From an uncultured virus (IMG/VR IMGVR_UViG_3300027917_000036) (taxonomy: Duplodnaviria > Heunggongvirae > Uroviricota > Caudoviricetes), in the IMG/VR virus record IMGVR_UViG_3300027917_000036: DNA of 64,000 nucleotides, one strand, 5' to 3'. This document shows, in pieces, positions 21,184 through 30,843 of the stretch; position 1 is the stretch's first letter, and the number at the start of each line of letters is the position of its first letter. The notes under the pieces were generated by a model. The model was not told the DNA's origin and did no database searches. It saw only the letters and a program-made list of their open reading frames with translations. The translations under genes were made by a program, and so were the position numbers.

Positions 21184-21837
21184 ATGGCGAAGCGAATTAT
21201 TATCACCCCTATGGGTGGGCATGGAACAACTTATCTTATTGGCAGAGCAAACTTTTGTAAACGGCCTGATACTATATGGGGTGAAAGCCCTGATATAACT
21301 AAAAAGCCGCATCTGGACAAGGTGAGGGCTTGGAGGGGACGGTCAGGCGGTCATCAACTGGATGTTAATAAGACCATAGAACAGAATCTGGTTGATATGA
21401 TAACTTCATCAAAGTACTCTGTTTTATTGTGTGGTCGTTGTTCTATTAATAAGAAGTTTTTGACTGATAATTCTATTCATGCGATTTGTTTGGTAAGACA
21501 TCCGGCAAATGCTTACGTGTCTTACTTATCACATCAGCATCCAGAACACGCAGCAAGGTTTGGTGGTTTTAATAAGATTAAGGCTGTTCATTTTTGGGCA
21601 AGACATTGGAATGCAATAGTAGATGATTTCTTATCTTCCGATAATCCTATTGTGCGATATGAATATCTCGAACAGGATCTTCCTGATATTGATAGATATT
21701 GGAAGTCAGTAATAAGCCGATGGAGACCAAATATGAATAGTCATAAAGAGATGGACCTTCGAACAGAAGAAGCTCTCTGTGAAGCCGTTCGGAAGAACTT
21801 TTACTTAATTTATGATAAGTGGGAAATATGGCGGTAA
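21184..21837 (+). CDS. Sulfotransferase-like protein
   Basis: PMGGHGTTYL (5'-PSB-like), LVRHPANAYVS (3'-PB) and VRYE motifs. Confidence 0.7.
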   Translation: MAKRIIITPMGGHGTTYLIGRANFCKRPDTIWGESPDITKKPHLDKVRAWRGRSGGHQLDVNKTIEQNLVDMITSSKYSVLLCGRCSINKKFLTDNSIHAICLVRHPANAYVSYLSHQHPEHAARFGGFNKIKAVHFWARHWNAIVDDFLSSDNPIVRYEYLEQDLPDIDRYWKSVISRWRPNMNSHKEMDLRTEEALCEAVRKNFYLIYDKWEIWR

Positions 21838-21971
21838 ATCCTATCATAACACGTGGGTATGGTGATAACTCTTTGATTATCACTCGTGGGTATGGTGCTT
21901 TACGTGAAGTTATTAGTGCTATTGTATCGGCACCTATATTAGTATTTAAACGTATTGTAAGAAAAGGATAA
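21828..21971 (+). CDS. Small 47-aa protein not in the ORF track, with a tandem IITRGYG repeat
   Basis: Manual translation: MAVNPIITRGYGDNSLIITRGYGALREVISAIVSAPILVFKRIVRKG; fills the intergenic gap exactly. Confidence 0.55.
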   Translation: MAVNPIITRGYGDNSLIITRGYGALREVISAIVSAPILVFKRIVRKG

Positions 21972-21975
21972 GATC

Positions 21976-22293
21976 ATGGCTCTCGAAAAATTTACAAAAC
22001 AACCATGGGAGGAGTTTGTCATCGCTGGCTCTATTGAAAAAGTTGTAGACGAGGGCGAACTTATCGATTTGCCAAATTGTGCTGTCACAGCAGTAGATAC
22101 AAGCGATGATTCAGACTCGACCTCCGAGGTTATCAACACCCCGACAATTGAAAAAGATGATACAAACCATTATTTAAAAGTCCAAGTTATTGGAGGGGCG
22201 CATCAAGAAGATCATAAGATCACATTTAAGATTGCAACAGATGCTAATAATCAATATGAGATCGATGTGCTTATGAAAGTAAGGGAGACATAA
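21976..22293 (+). CDS. Phage fibre/tail adaptor-like protein
   Basis: FTKQPWEE N-terminus; V.GG....YKIT-like C-terminal pattern. Confidence 0.5.
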   Translation: MALEKFTKQPWEEFVIAGSIEKVVDEGELIDLPNCAVTAVDTSDDSDSTSEVINTPTIEKDDTNHYLKVQVIGGAHQEDHKITFKIATDANNQYEIDVLMKVRET

Positions 22294-22294
22294 A

Positions 22295-22945
22295 ATGGCT
22301 TTCGTTACTATGTGGAATCCAAGTGATAAGAATGCAGATATCACTTTATCAAATGAGAATTTAACGGCACTACAGGCTGCGGCAAGCATTGGATGGATTA
22401 CCGTAAGGAATGTAACTTCCAAGTCTTCCGGTAAATGGTATATGGAATTGGTTGTTGATAATAGCGGAGGTGTAGGGCTGGAAGATATGATTTTTGGCCT
22501 TGCGGATTCAGCTTTATCTTTGAATACTTTTGTTGGGAATTCGCCAGCTTCATGGGGATATCATGGCCCAAATGGTTATACATATCACAATGGTTCCGCA
22601 ACTGCATATGGAACCATTTGGCAAACTGGTGATGTAATTGGATGCGCTTTCGATATGGGAACAGGGAAAATTTGGTTCGCAAGGAATAACGTATGGCAAA
22701 ATTCCGGCGATCCGGTTGCGCAAACAAATGAGGCTTATTCCAATTTGGCAGGGACATTATATCCTGCTATTTCAATGTATAGACCTGGACAGCAATTGAG
22801 TGGTATATTTGCCGATGATTATTTAACTTATACACCACCAGTAGGTTATCTACCATTAGAGATATTAGAACTGACTGAACCTATTTTGGTTTTTGAACGA
22901 CAAAAAATCCAAAAAGTGTTTATATATGAAAAGGTAAAAGGGTAA
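22295..22945 (+). CDS. SPRY-domain protein (paralog of the domains in 8990..10564)
   Basis: WNPSDK..ITLSN, SGKWYME, GDVIGCAFD and WQNSGDP motifs. Confidence 0.75.
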   Translation: MAFVTMWNPSDKNADITLSNENLTALQAAASIGWITVRNVTSKSSGKWYMELVVDNSGGVGLEDMIFGLADSALSLNTFVGNSPASWGYHGPNGYTYHNGSATAYGTIWQTGDVIGCAFDMGTGKIWFARNNVWQNSGDPVAQTNEAYSNLAGTLYPAISMYRPGQQLSGIFADDYLTYTPPVGYLPLEILELTEPILVFERQKIQKVFIYEKVKG

Positions 22946-23052
22946 AATATGTTATAATAGAAGGGTAAAAAGGAGGTTGTGTAGTGCTTAATAATAAGCA
23001 CGTGTCTATTCATAATAGAAACCCATTGAGGGAAACAAAATGAAGGAGGATA

Positions 23053-24492
23053 GTGATGAAAGACGATGTTAAAAAAATGATGGAGAATGCACAGAAGGAA
23101 GCGCACAAAAAAGTTAAACAAATTGTCAAGGAGGATAAGTCGGAACAAAAGGAGAAGAAAGAGGATCAACAAGATCGTCCAGCAATTGGGATATTTACTA
23201 ATTTTACAGGATTCAATCCAGGGTACTCCCTGACCGGTATTGTTAGGGATCAGTGTATTATGCTTGATGAATACGGGCATGATGTATATTTGTTTACCAA
23301 TGAAGAATGCCCTGCCGATGATCTAACAAAGAAACGTCTTAAATTCCCTGCCAATGTTAAGATTGTACCAATCTTTCCACAAGGCCACCTTGATGATTAT
23401 CAAACGGCAAAGGATTTTGCTGATAAGCATATGGAACTTGCACAAAAGGTGGCTGCCCTAACTCATGAGCATATTGAGAAGTTTAAAATCAAGTTTGCTT
23501 TCACTCATGATTGGATATTTACTGGGTGGAACCTTCCGTATTCTGTCGCTATCCATATGCTTAAGGATAAGGTGAATATTAAGTGGCTTCATTGGATACA
23601 TAGTACGCCAAACCCTCCTCTCAAAGATTGGTGGTACATTAAACGCTATGGCCCTGATCATAAGATTATTTTTCCAAACCAAACCGAGAGGACACGTGTG
23701 GCTGAAGCTTATCGTGGCGATCACGGGGATGTTCGTATCATCCCGCATATCAAGGATCCACGTATATGGTTTGACTTCACTGAAGAAGCGAAGCGTTTTA
23801 TAAGGGATTTCCCACTTATGATGACTGCTGATGCTCTTCAAGTTTATCCGGCATCATCTGATCGACTATTCGCGAAACGGATAGATATACCAATAAGGAT
23901 TTTTGGTGAATGGAAGAAACTTGGTCTCAGTGTATGTTTGGTGATCGCTAATCAGTGGGCCAGACCTGAAAAGGCAAGGGAAGAAATTGATAAGTATCTC
24001 AATCTTGGGCAACATTATGCCCTGATACCAGACAAGGAACTCATATTCACATCACGTTGGGAAAGCGAATTTGAGGATGGGCTAACTCAACCAATCCTGA
24101 GAGACCTTATGCTTCTCAGTAATATATTTATTTACCCAACAAGGGAAGAATCTTTTGGGCTTGTTGGGCCGGAAGCTGCGCTGAACGGCTGCTTCATGGT
24201 TTTGAATAGAAGCCTCCAGATGATGTGTGAAGTATTTGACAACACTGGTCTCTATCTGGATTTTGGTTCTCATCATAATATTGCACCACGGATGGATTTT
24301 GAAAGTCCTGATATCACCGCATTCCAGGAGTATGCGCGACTTATTGCTGGTAGATGTGCCCAGGATTATTCATTTCAAACCAAGACACTTGCTCGGATCC
24401 GTTATAACTATAATACTTTGTATCGTAGGTGTTATGACCCGATAATGGCTGAGTCTGCATTGTGGAAAGGAGGTTGGGCTGGTGGGAAATAA
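23053..24492 (+). CDS. GT-B (GT4-like) glycosyltransferase
   Basis: IFIYPTREESFGLVGPEAA motif; THDWI. Confidence 0.85.
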   Translation: MMKDDVKKMMENAQKEAHKKVKQIVKEDKSEQKEKKEDQQDRPAIGIFTNFTGFNPGYSLTGIVRDQCIMLDEYGHDVYLFTNEECPADDLTKKRLKFPANVKIVPIFPQGHLDDYQTAKDFADKHMELAQKVAALTHEHIEKFKIKFAFTHDWIFTGWNLPYSVAIHMLKDKVNIKWLHWIHSTPNPPLKDWWYIKRYGPDHKIIFPNQTERTRVAEAYRGDHGDVRIIPHIKDPRIWFDFTEEAKRFIRDFPLMMTADALQVYPASSDRLFAKRIDIPIRIFGEWKKLGLSVCLVIANQWARPEKAREEIDKYLNLGQHYALIPDKELIFTSRWESEFEDGLTQPILRDLMLLSNIFIYPTREESFGLVGPEAALNGCFMVLNRSLQMMCEVFDNTGLYLDFGSHHNIAPRMDFESPDITAFQEYARLIAGRCAQDYSFQTKTLARIRYNYNTLYRRCYDPIMAESALWKGGWAGGK

Positions 24493-25699
24493 AATAATTA
24501 TCAATAGTTTCAATGGTATTGGTGATCTATTATTTGTAACGCCAACTATTGCACGCATGAAGAAAACTTATGGTGATCGAGTTCATATTTCTGTACATAC
24601 TAATTATCCTATGCTTTTAGAAGGAAACCCTTATGTTGATAATATTCAAGTAAAAAAGCATGCAGATGGAATATTTCTTGGATATCCAGACCCTATACAT
24701 GGGAAGTGGCCTAATACACATCATATTTACTCAGATTGGCAAATTGTTCAAAAAGCTACGGGTCTTGAATGTACTATGCCAGAGCTGAAGCCAGAACTAT
24801 ATTGCCACCATGATGAACCAACTCATGGGCAGATTGGCGTTCAGGTATTGCACAAAGGACATTGGGATGGGAAGAAGGTATGGCCAAAGTTCGATGAGTT
24901 ATCAAAACGTGATGGCTTCTTCCCTATACCTCATTTTTCTGGAACAACTAAAATTTTAGATCTTGTGCAATATATTCAACGGGCCAAACTTGTAGTATGT
25001 GCAGAAGGAGGGATATCACATATAGCACGTGCTGTTGAAACTCCTGCTATTGTTATCTATGGAGGATTTGCTTCACCAAAGTGGAATGGATATGAAGATC
25101 ACGTAAATATAACAAACGAAAAACATTGCTCATTTTGTTATAGTCCAAGGCCATGTGATAATGAAGTTCATAAAATCTGTATGAAAGAGATAACAGTGGA
25201 ACAAGTTATCCGTGCTGCGAATGGATTGCTTTCAAGAATTAGTGAATTGGAAGATCATAATGCTATGCAGTTTGTGAGGGATGATGCAATTGAGTGGTGT
25301 CGTGGTAATGGTATCGATGTTGGTGCTGGAAATAATCCTTTACCTGGAGCACGTTGGGTTGATGATGATTTCCCGGAAGATGCTAATAATATTGATGCGA
25401 AAGATAATAGTTTAGATTTTGTTTTTTCTTCTCATTGTCTTGAACATTTAAACGATCCTTTGGGTGCGCTTAGAGAGTGGGTCAGGGTGCTGAAGCCAGG
25501 AGGGATATTGTATTTATACCTTCCGCATCCTGACTATGCGAGATGGCGTAGTAAGAATTTACAATTTCACAAGTGGGATTTTAGTGTTTCATTAGTTACT
25601 TCGCTATTCAATGATCTTATTAAAAACATGGAATTGCTTGAAATAGTGGAGAAAGATTATTATTTTGGGCAAAAATATATTTTTCGAAAGGAAGTATAA
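24482..25699 (+). CDS. GT9 (heptosyltransferase-like) glycosyltransferase fused to a class I SAM methyltransferase
   Basis: GIGDLLFVTP, EGGISHIARAV.TPAIVIYG, CM.EITVEQV; then IDVGAG, DFVFSSHCLEH, RVLKPGG. Confidence 0.85.
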   Translation: MGNKIIINSFNGIGDLLFVTPTIARMKKTYGDRVHISVHTNYPMLLEGNPYVDNIQVKKHADGIFLGYPDPIHGKWPNTHHIYSDWQIVQKATGLECTMPELKPELYCHHDEPTHGQIGVQVLHKGHWDGKKVWPKFDELSKRDGFFPIPHFSGTTKILDLVQYIQRAKLVVCAEGGISHIARAVETPAIVIYGGFASPKWNGYEDHVNITNEKHCSFCYSPRPCDNEVHKICMKEITVEQVIRAANGLLSRISELEDHNAMQFVRDDAIEWCRGNGIDVGAGNNPLPGARWVDDDFPEDANNIDAKDNSLDFVFSSHCLEHLNDPLGALREWVRVLKPGGILYLYLPHPDYARWRSKNLQFHKWDFSVSLVTSLFNDLIKNMELLEIVEKDYYFGQKYIFRKEV

Positions 25700-26475
25700 T
25701 GACCAATCTAAAAGCGGATGCTGTTGATTATCGTATTGCGATGAGAAGAGTTGCAGAAGCAGGAGAGGAGGCACTATACCGTTTTTATAAATGCGGCAAT
25801 AATTTTGAAAAACGATCGAAAGTATTTGATTCTCAAATTATGCCATTTGTTGAGAAGTATGGTACATTGAGACGGTCGGCTTGTCTGGATATTGGTTATG
25901 GTCCAGGTGCTCTTGTATTATCGGCATTGTCACATTTTAACATATCATGTGGTGTAGATGTTCATCAGGAAATGGAATTTATATTGGATATTTTACATCG
26001 TAAATGTGAAGAGCAGGGGATACGAAAAGGGTATATATGGTTAAAATCAACGGAACGTGATACTATTCCATTTGATACAAACTCTATGGATCTTGTTTAT
26101 TCATGGACAGTGTTTATGCACCTTGGTGATATCACTATAGCCGATTCTTATCTTAAGGAAACGTTCAGGGTGCTGAGGCCAGGAGGCCTTGCAGTGATCT
26201 ATTTTGCCAGGATTCAACGTAGTAAGAAAAGACAGACAAAAGAAGAATGGAAGCATGATATAAAACATGAACAATTTGAATGGTTGCAGAAAGATAATGT
26301 GAAAATTCAGAAGATCAATTTAACAATTTCCATGAAATGGATGGTTAATCGTTGTAAGGAGATAGGGTTTGAGGTATTGGAAGAGACCGCGTCAACTATT
26401 AACATTCATGAAATAACTTATTATTGCGGACAACATGGGGTTGTCCTTAGAAAACCGAGGGAGGAGCAATTATGA
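25699..26475 (+). CDS. Class I SAM-dependent methyltransferase
   Basis: LDIGYGPG, DLVYSWTVFMH, RVLRPGG. Confidence 0.85.
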   Translation: MTNLKADAVDYRIAMRRVAEAGEEALYRFYKCGNNFEKRSKVFDSQIMPFVEKYGTLRRSACLDIGYGPGALVLSALSHFNISCGVDVHQEMEFILDILHRKCEEQGIRKGYIWLKSTERDTIPFDTNSMDLVYSWTVFMHLGDITIADSYLKETFRVLRPGGLAVIYFARIQRSKKRQTKEEWKHDIKHEQFEWLQKDNVKIQKINLTISMKWMVNRCKEIGFEVLEETASTINIHEITYYCGQHGVVLRKPREEQL

Positions 26476-27485
26476 AAGATCTTTCTGTAATAATACCTCA
26501 CGTCAATGAGTGGCCACAAATACTCTGGACAGTGAGAAGTATTCAACAGGAACTTAACAGGAAGGGAATCAATTATGAAATTATCACAATCGATAATTAT
26601 TGCGAAGAGGTTTCTTTACAGGGGCATCGTAGAGACCCCTCTGAAGGAGCTCTGAAGGCAGCGATGGGCGGTAATAGTTGGCTCAAGGCTTTAACATACA
26701 CCGAGAAGTTATCACATTGGAATGCCAAAATATTTGGAATAGATCATGCCGAAGCTGATATATTATTTTTTGCTGATGCACATACTTGCCCAGCACGTGG
26801 TAGTGTAGATTCTATGTTTGAGCATTATGTTGATAATTGGAAAAAATTGAAAGGTAGTATTCATCTACCATTAACTTATCAGCTGCTTGAATGGCATAGG
26901 CAGATATACGGATTAGATTATGATCTTGATAAAGGAACTTTGCATTATAGGTTCGTTTCTTTTCCAAAGGATGTTGATATTGTTTTTCAGGTGCCATGTA
27001 TGAGCACATGCGGGATGATGATTCATCGTGAATATTACGAAGCGTTTGGTGGTTGGAGCCCTGAGCTTGGCATATATGGAGGAGGAGAGAATCTTATCAA
27101 TTTTGCGATGGGAATGCTTGGTCTTAAAAAATGGATCTATAGGCCAGGAACGTTATTCCATCATGCTGGTGATCCAAAAGGATGGAACAAGATAGGGACT
27201 AATCGGAGATACCATTGGTACTGGCTGGATCACTTGCGTAATAGGACTATTGCTGCTTATATATATGGAGGGAAAGAGTGGGCTGAGAAGTTCCTTTCAA
27301 ATTGCGATGGTGTGAACACTGAATTTAAAGGTAAAACTATATTAGAAATTTTGTTAGATGATGTGTTTGAATCTTGTGAAGAGCACAGGTCAATTGTAAA
27401 ATCAGCGCAAGTTTTTACGGTCGAAGAATGGGTGTCTATATGGGAGAGGGAACAATGGATAACGAGAAGTTTAGCCAATACCTAA
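26472..27485 (+). CDS. GT-A glycosyltransferase resembling polypeptide GalNAc-transferases (GT2/GT27-like)
   Basis: LSVIIPHVNE, DxH motif (FADAH), GGWSPELGIYGGGENL resembling the GT27 GG.D..M..WGGENLE motif. Confidence 0.75.
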   Translation: MKDLSVIIPHVNEWPQILWTVRSIQQELNRKGINYEIITIDNYCEEVSLQGHRRDPSEGALKAAMGGNSWLKALTYTEKLSHWNAKIFGIDHAEADILFFADAHTCPARGSVDSMFEHYVDNWKKLKGSIHLPLTYQLLEWHRQIYGLDYDLDKGTLHYRFVSFPKDVDIVFQVPCMSTCGMMIHREYYEAFGGWSPELGIYGGGENLINFAMGMLGLKKWIYRPGTLFHHAGDPKGWNKIGTNRRYHWYWLDHLRNRTIAAYIYGGKEWAEKFLSNCDGVNTEFKGKTILEILLDDVFESCEEHRSIVKSAQVFTVEEWVSIWEREQWITRSLANT

Positions 27486-27856
27486 AAAAGTTTGAAAAGA
27501 AGGTACTTATTGCTGGGATGGAGCAGGGCATACTATCAGCTACAGACAGGATGGTGCCGATCAAACCTGGACGTCTTAATACTACCGCTTTTGGTCAGGC
27601 ATTAGGTGAAAACTTTGATTACCATGAACCGTTGGCTTTTGATTATTATGGCATGCTAAAGAAGTCTTCAGGGTTTGTTGGCTTGTGGCGTAAGTATGCT
27701 GATAGATTTGAAATCAAGTCGGCGCTGGCACCAGTTATACATTTTGCCTCTGTCAAAGTTGAGCATATCAACAATCTCGATCCTGATCTTGTTTTGGATT
27801 TTGTTGCATTCAAAAAGAAACTTGTTGAACTACGTAACTTCAACAATAATAAGTAA
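27428..27856 (+). CDS. Hypothetical protein
   Basis: Last ORF of the + operon; start probably MDNEK. Confidence 0.45.
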   Translation: MGVYMGEGTMDNEKFSQYLKKFEKKVLIAGMEQGILSATDRMVPIKPGRLNTTAFGQALGENFDYHEPLAFDYYGMLKKSSGFVGLWRKYADRFEIKSALAPVIHFASVKVEHINNLDPDLVLDFVAFKKKLVELRNFNNNK

Positions 27857-27857
27857 T

Positions 27858-27952
27858 CATCCTGCGAGGAGGGCGCAGGGTGCGTGCCACCCAGGCAAGG
27901 TTTGGGTTTCCACCTCCTTCCCCAGAACTTGTCTTGGGTGGCTTATTTTTTT
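27858..27952 (+). terminator. Hairpins plus U-tract at the convergence of the two operons
   Basis: CATCCTGCG/CGCAGGGTG hairpin, then GCCACCCA...TGGGTGGC stem followed by TTATTTTTTT. Confidence 0.55.
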
Positions 27953-28569
27953 CTACGTGTAATAGTTCTTTTGCGAAGGAATTTTGGTTTGCAGCATTTT
28001 AGAAAAGCATCGAGGCGAGAGAATACAATGGTCACTTTGCGTTTCCTGTTGGCCAATGCAATTGTATCTATTACATGATTGCTTCCAGTAGTTAACCTCA
28101 CAAATTGAAATAGACTCATAGCAATACAAGGTTCTTTGCGATCACGTTTGAATATAATCCAAACAAGATTACGATTATGCAATAGCCGTTCATTTTCGGC
28201 TTTATCCCACCATTGCCAGAATACAAGTTCATGCTTTCTTCCCTTCATATTAGTATCCAATAAACTCAGGATTTCTAATTGTTTCCCTCCTTTCTTTTTC
28301 TTTTTACCTGTTGACTTTGACTTTACTTGCATTCCGCCAAAGCCACGTTTTATTTCTATGAGTACTTGTGCTGTAAGTGGTTTACCAATAGGGTCGAGAG
28401 CCATAACGTCGCCGGCACTATCATGTGTTTCCATAAGTTTTTTCATTCTGGTTGTGGCTCTGGCTCCTGACCCTGCTGTTCTCCAGAAGATATCATCCCT
28501 TTTGTGATAAGTCCACCAAAGGGATAACTGTTTACAAACTTCTCGTTCATAATCCCCACCCTTGCCCAT
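27943..28569 (-). CDS. Holliday junction resolvase (PD-(D/E)xK)
   Basis: GKGGDYEREVCKQLS...GDV...IEIKRG. Confidence 0.8.
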   Translation of the reverse strand: MGKGGDYEREVCKQLSLWWTYHKRDDIFWRTAGSGARATTRMKKLMETHDSAGDVMALDPIGKPLTAQVLIEIKRGFGGMQVKSKSTGKKKKKGGKQLEILSLLDTNMKGRKHELVFWQWWDKAENERLLHNRNLVWIIFKRDRKEPCIAMSLFQFVRLTTGSNHVIDTIALANRKRKVTIVFSRLDAFLKCCKPKFLRKRTITRRKK

Positions 28570-28916
28570 TAGTCTGTTTTCCTTTCTCCTCCAATGATTT
28601 GGTGTCGAGGCTGAATAACTGAGACAACTCTGTTAATATAGCCGAGGATACCCTCTAATGTGGTATGGCCAAGCAGCAAGATACCTATATATAAGCGAGC
28701 GCCACATTTATCACACTTATCGCTGACGATCTCGGCGACGTTTTTAGTAAATGGCTTCATGTCAATAATAGTAGGCTGATTGCATTTGCTGCATATGACT
28801 TGTGGACGCACATCTTGTTGCCCTGGAAATTGTATAAGTCGTCTTCCAGGTTTGGATTTGTCTTTAATGATTTTTGGTTTAACAGGTAATCTACTGGTGT
28901 CTATTTCGTTTGACAT
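28569..28916 (-). CDS. Zinc-ribbon hypothetical protein
   Basis: CSKC...CDKC. Confidence 0.5.
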   Translation of the reverse strand: MSNEIDTSRLPVKPKIIKDKSKPGRRLIQFPGQQDVRPQVICSKCNQPTIIDMKPFTKNVAEIVSDKCDKCGARLYIGILLLGHTTLEGILGYINRVVSVIQPRHQIIGGERKTD

Positions 28917-29440
28917 TATAATCTCCTTTCTTCCCTTGCGACATATTCTATTGATTGTTCTTCACTTAATACCGTTGGAGGTTTGTTTATTTGGTCTTGT
29001 AGTAGGCAAAGAGCCAGAAGACTATAGACGGAGAGATCAAGATATGAGTCTTCCAACGGTTCGTCTAATACAAAGTGTTTTCCGGATCTTCTATTCAAGA
29101 CCTTAATCCGTGACCAGTTATCATGCATCTTTAGATGAATTCCACTTACTGGGGCCATATTAAATTCCAACGGTCCCTCGATAAGATTTTTCAGTGGCCT
29201 TCCATCTTCTCCTGAATAGTCAAGATTTTTTGTGATATGGGTATAAGCCATTTTTCCTAAAAGTTCAAAGAAGTAAGGGTGGCCTGGGAATGGTTTAACG
29301 AGATTTTGCCTGTCCATTATTACTCTGAATGCGAAGTTATGTAAATCCACTTCAATAGTAATCTTTAAAGTATCTTCTTTAATTCCACATCCAGTTCCAG
29401 CGTTGGCAGATTCCTCACAATTGATTTTATTATTTTGCAT
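28916..29440 (-). CDS. Nucleotide modification associated domain 1 (DUF1599-like) protein
   Basis: KNLDY...GI..KMHD..SRI...DEPLEDSYLDLSVYS. Confidence 0.7.
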   Translation of the reverse strand: MQNNKINCEESANAGTGCGIKEDTLKITIEVDLHNFAFRVIMDRQNLVKPFPGHPYFFELLGKMAYTHITKNLDYSGEDGRPLKNLIEGPLEFNMAPVSGIHLKMHDNWSRIKVLNRRSGKHFVLDEPLEDSYLDLSVYSLLALCLLQDQINKPPTVLSEEQSIEYVAREERRL

Positions 29441-29565
29441 TTTCTTTGCTCCTCTCTATATCGTTCTTTCCAGCACCAAGGACATAGCCCTTCCGTAGAT
29501 ATTCCTCTAACACCTGCGTATGCAGGTTTATTACATTGTGGATTTATGCACTCTACTCGTTTCAT
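29365..29565 (-). CDS. Small Zn-finger protein
   Basis: CINPQC...CPWC. Confidence 0.45.
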   Translation of the reverse strand: MKRVECINPQCNKPAYAGVRGISTEGLCPWCWKERYREEQRKCKIIKSIVRNLPTLELDVELKKIL

Positions 29566-29567
29566 TG

Positions 29568-30248
29568 TTAAAACTTACCATAAATGATATACTTTTGATA
29601 TATATCATCAAAGATAACAGGAATAGATGCATGTGCTTGTCTTAATAGTTCAGCCATAATAAGTTTCATTTGTGGATGTGCAGCCGGACTGACTCTCAGA
29701 TTAAATATATGCCTCCATTCACGGAAATTGGCCGTTGTAACAATTTCTGTTTTAAGGCTATTTGGTAGAACTGATCGAGCATGTTCGGGACGCCATCCTT
29801 CTTTTATAAGTTCTTTGTACCTCCTTTCATCATCTTGCAAAGCATAAAACCAGATACGTTCTGCACGTGTTGACATCACTTCTTGCCTTTCAGAAAGTCC
29901 TGCTCCGTTATATTCTCCAGGTTCTATCTTTTTTGCCCATGGAGGTATGATAAATTCAACGCCTCCTTTGTAATTGCAATATCGCGTAGACTCTTGAGAG
30001 AATGCACAGAGCCGATGCCTTACAAGTTCATGTGATACGCCACGGTCAATTATAAATCGAACAGTCATGGCCGAGTGTTCGATAACACTTTCGTGGCCTC
30101 TTTTTAGGAGCATCTTGGCAAACTGTATTGCAGAGTTTTCACTTATAAGATCTTCAGATTTATAACAAGTTCTTCCTGCCTGTTCGATAAGTGTCAGGTC
30201 TCTACCGAATACTGCTTCTATCTCCACCCTTGCATATGACAGTATCAT
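29568..30248 (-). CDS. thyX: FAD-dependent thymidylate synthase
   Basis: GHESVIEH, ELVRHRLCAFSQESTRY, ARSVLPN, N.REWRH. Confidence 0.97.
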   Translation of the reverse strand: MILSYARVEIEAVFGRDLTLIEQAGRTCYKSEDLISENSAIQFAKMLLKRGHESVIEHSAMTVRFIIDRGVSHELVRHRLCAFSQESTRYCNYKGGVEFIIPPWAKKIEPGEYNGAGLSERQEVMSTRAERIWFYALQDDERRYKELIKEGWRPEHARSVLPNSLKTEIVTTANFREWRHIFNLRVSPAAHPQMKLIMAELLRQAHASIPVIFDDIYQKYIIYGKF

Positions 30249-30360
30249 TTCTTATCCTCCTATTAATAGTTTAATAGTTAATGGCCTTGCACTCCCTCTC
30301 ATCCCTCTGAGAACTCTACTTTTATTGTTTAGTTCTATCTACGGAGGGAGTGCAAGTTGA

Positions 30361-30585
30361 TTAAGTTATTAGATACTTTGCATTTATAGAAGTGAACAGT
30401 ATCTTTTCAATTTCATGTTTTCTTCCACTTTTTGCTTTTTTATGGACATATGATTCGGTTATAATACCATTGATCCAAAGATGCCCATCAGTTACTTCTT
30501 TTAATTTGTTTTGTGCTTTATCAATAGCCGATATGATTTCTTCTCTTAAATCATATTCGATTTGTCTAATGTTTTCAAAGTCCAT
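30361..30585 (-). CDS. Hypothetical protein
   Basis: ORF in operon, SD GGAGG. Confidence 0.45.
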   Translation of the reverse strand: MDFENIRQIEYDLREEIISAIDKAQNKLKEVTDGHLWINGIITESYVHKKAKSGRKHEIEKILFTSINAKYLIT

Positions 30586-30806
30586 TATACAAGCCTCCTT
30601 GTTTCAGCAAACCATAGCGGAATAGTAATAATGTTATCGTCGTAATCTATATTATCTATAATGCTTTTTGGCACCCAGATTGTGTTATCACCAAGGTCGA
30701 ATAGTATGGCAAATTCCGTTTCTTTGATTACCTTGTCAAAATCAACTTCATATAGTATTCCAACCCTATCTTGTTCTTTTATCATTTCCACCTCCCTATC
30801 CCCCAT
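30585..30806 (-). CDS. Hypothetical protein
   Basis: ETEFAILFD...WVPKS motif common in small phage proteins. Confidence 0.5.
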   Translation of the reverse strand: MGDREVEMIKEQDRVGILYEVDFDKVIKETEFAILFDLGDNTIWVPKSIIDNIDYDDNIITIPLWFAETRRLV

Positions 30807-30843
30807 ATTCGATAAGACTTTTGTAAAGGCAAATCAAATGCTT

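Noticed and set aside
9160..21312. Minus-strand poly-Val ORFs (e.g. 9160..9441, 9793..10119, 19668..19958, 21049..21312)
   Set aside because: They are antisense shadows of the poly-Thr tracts.
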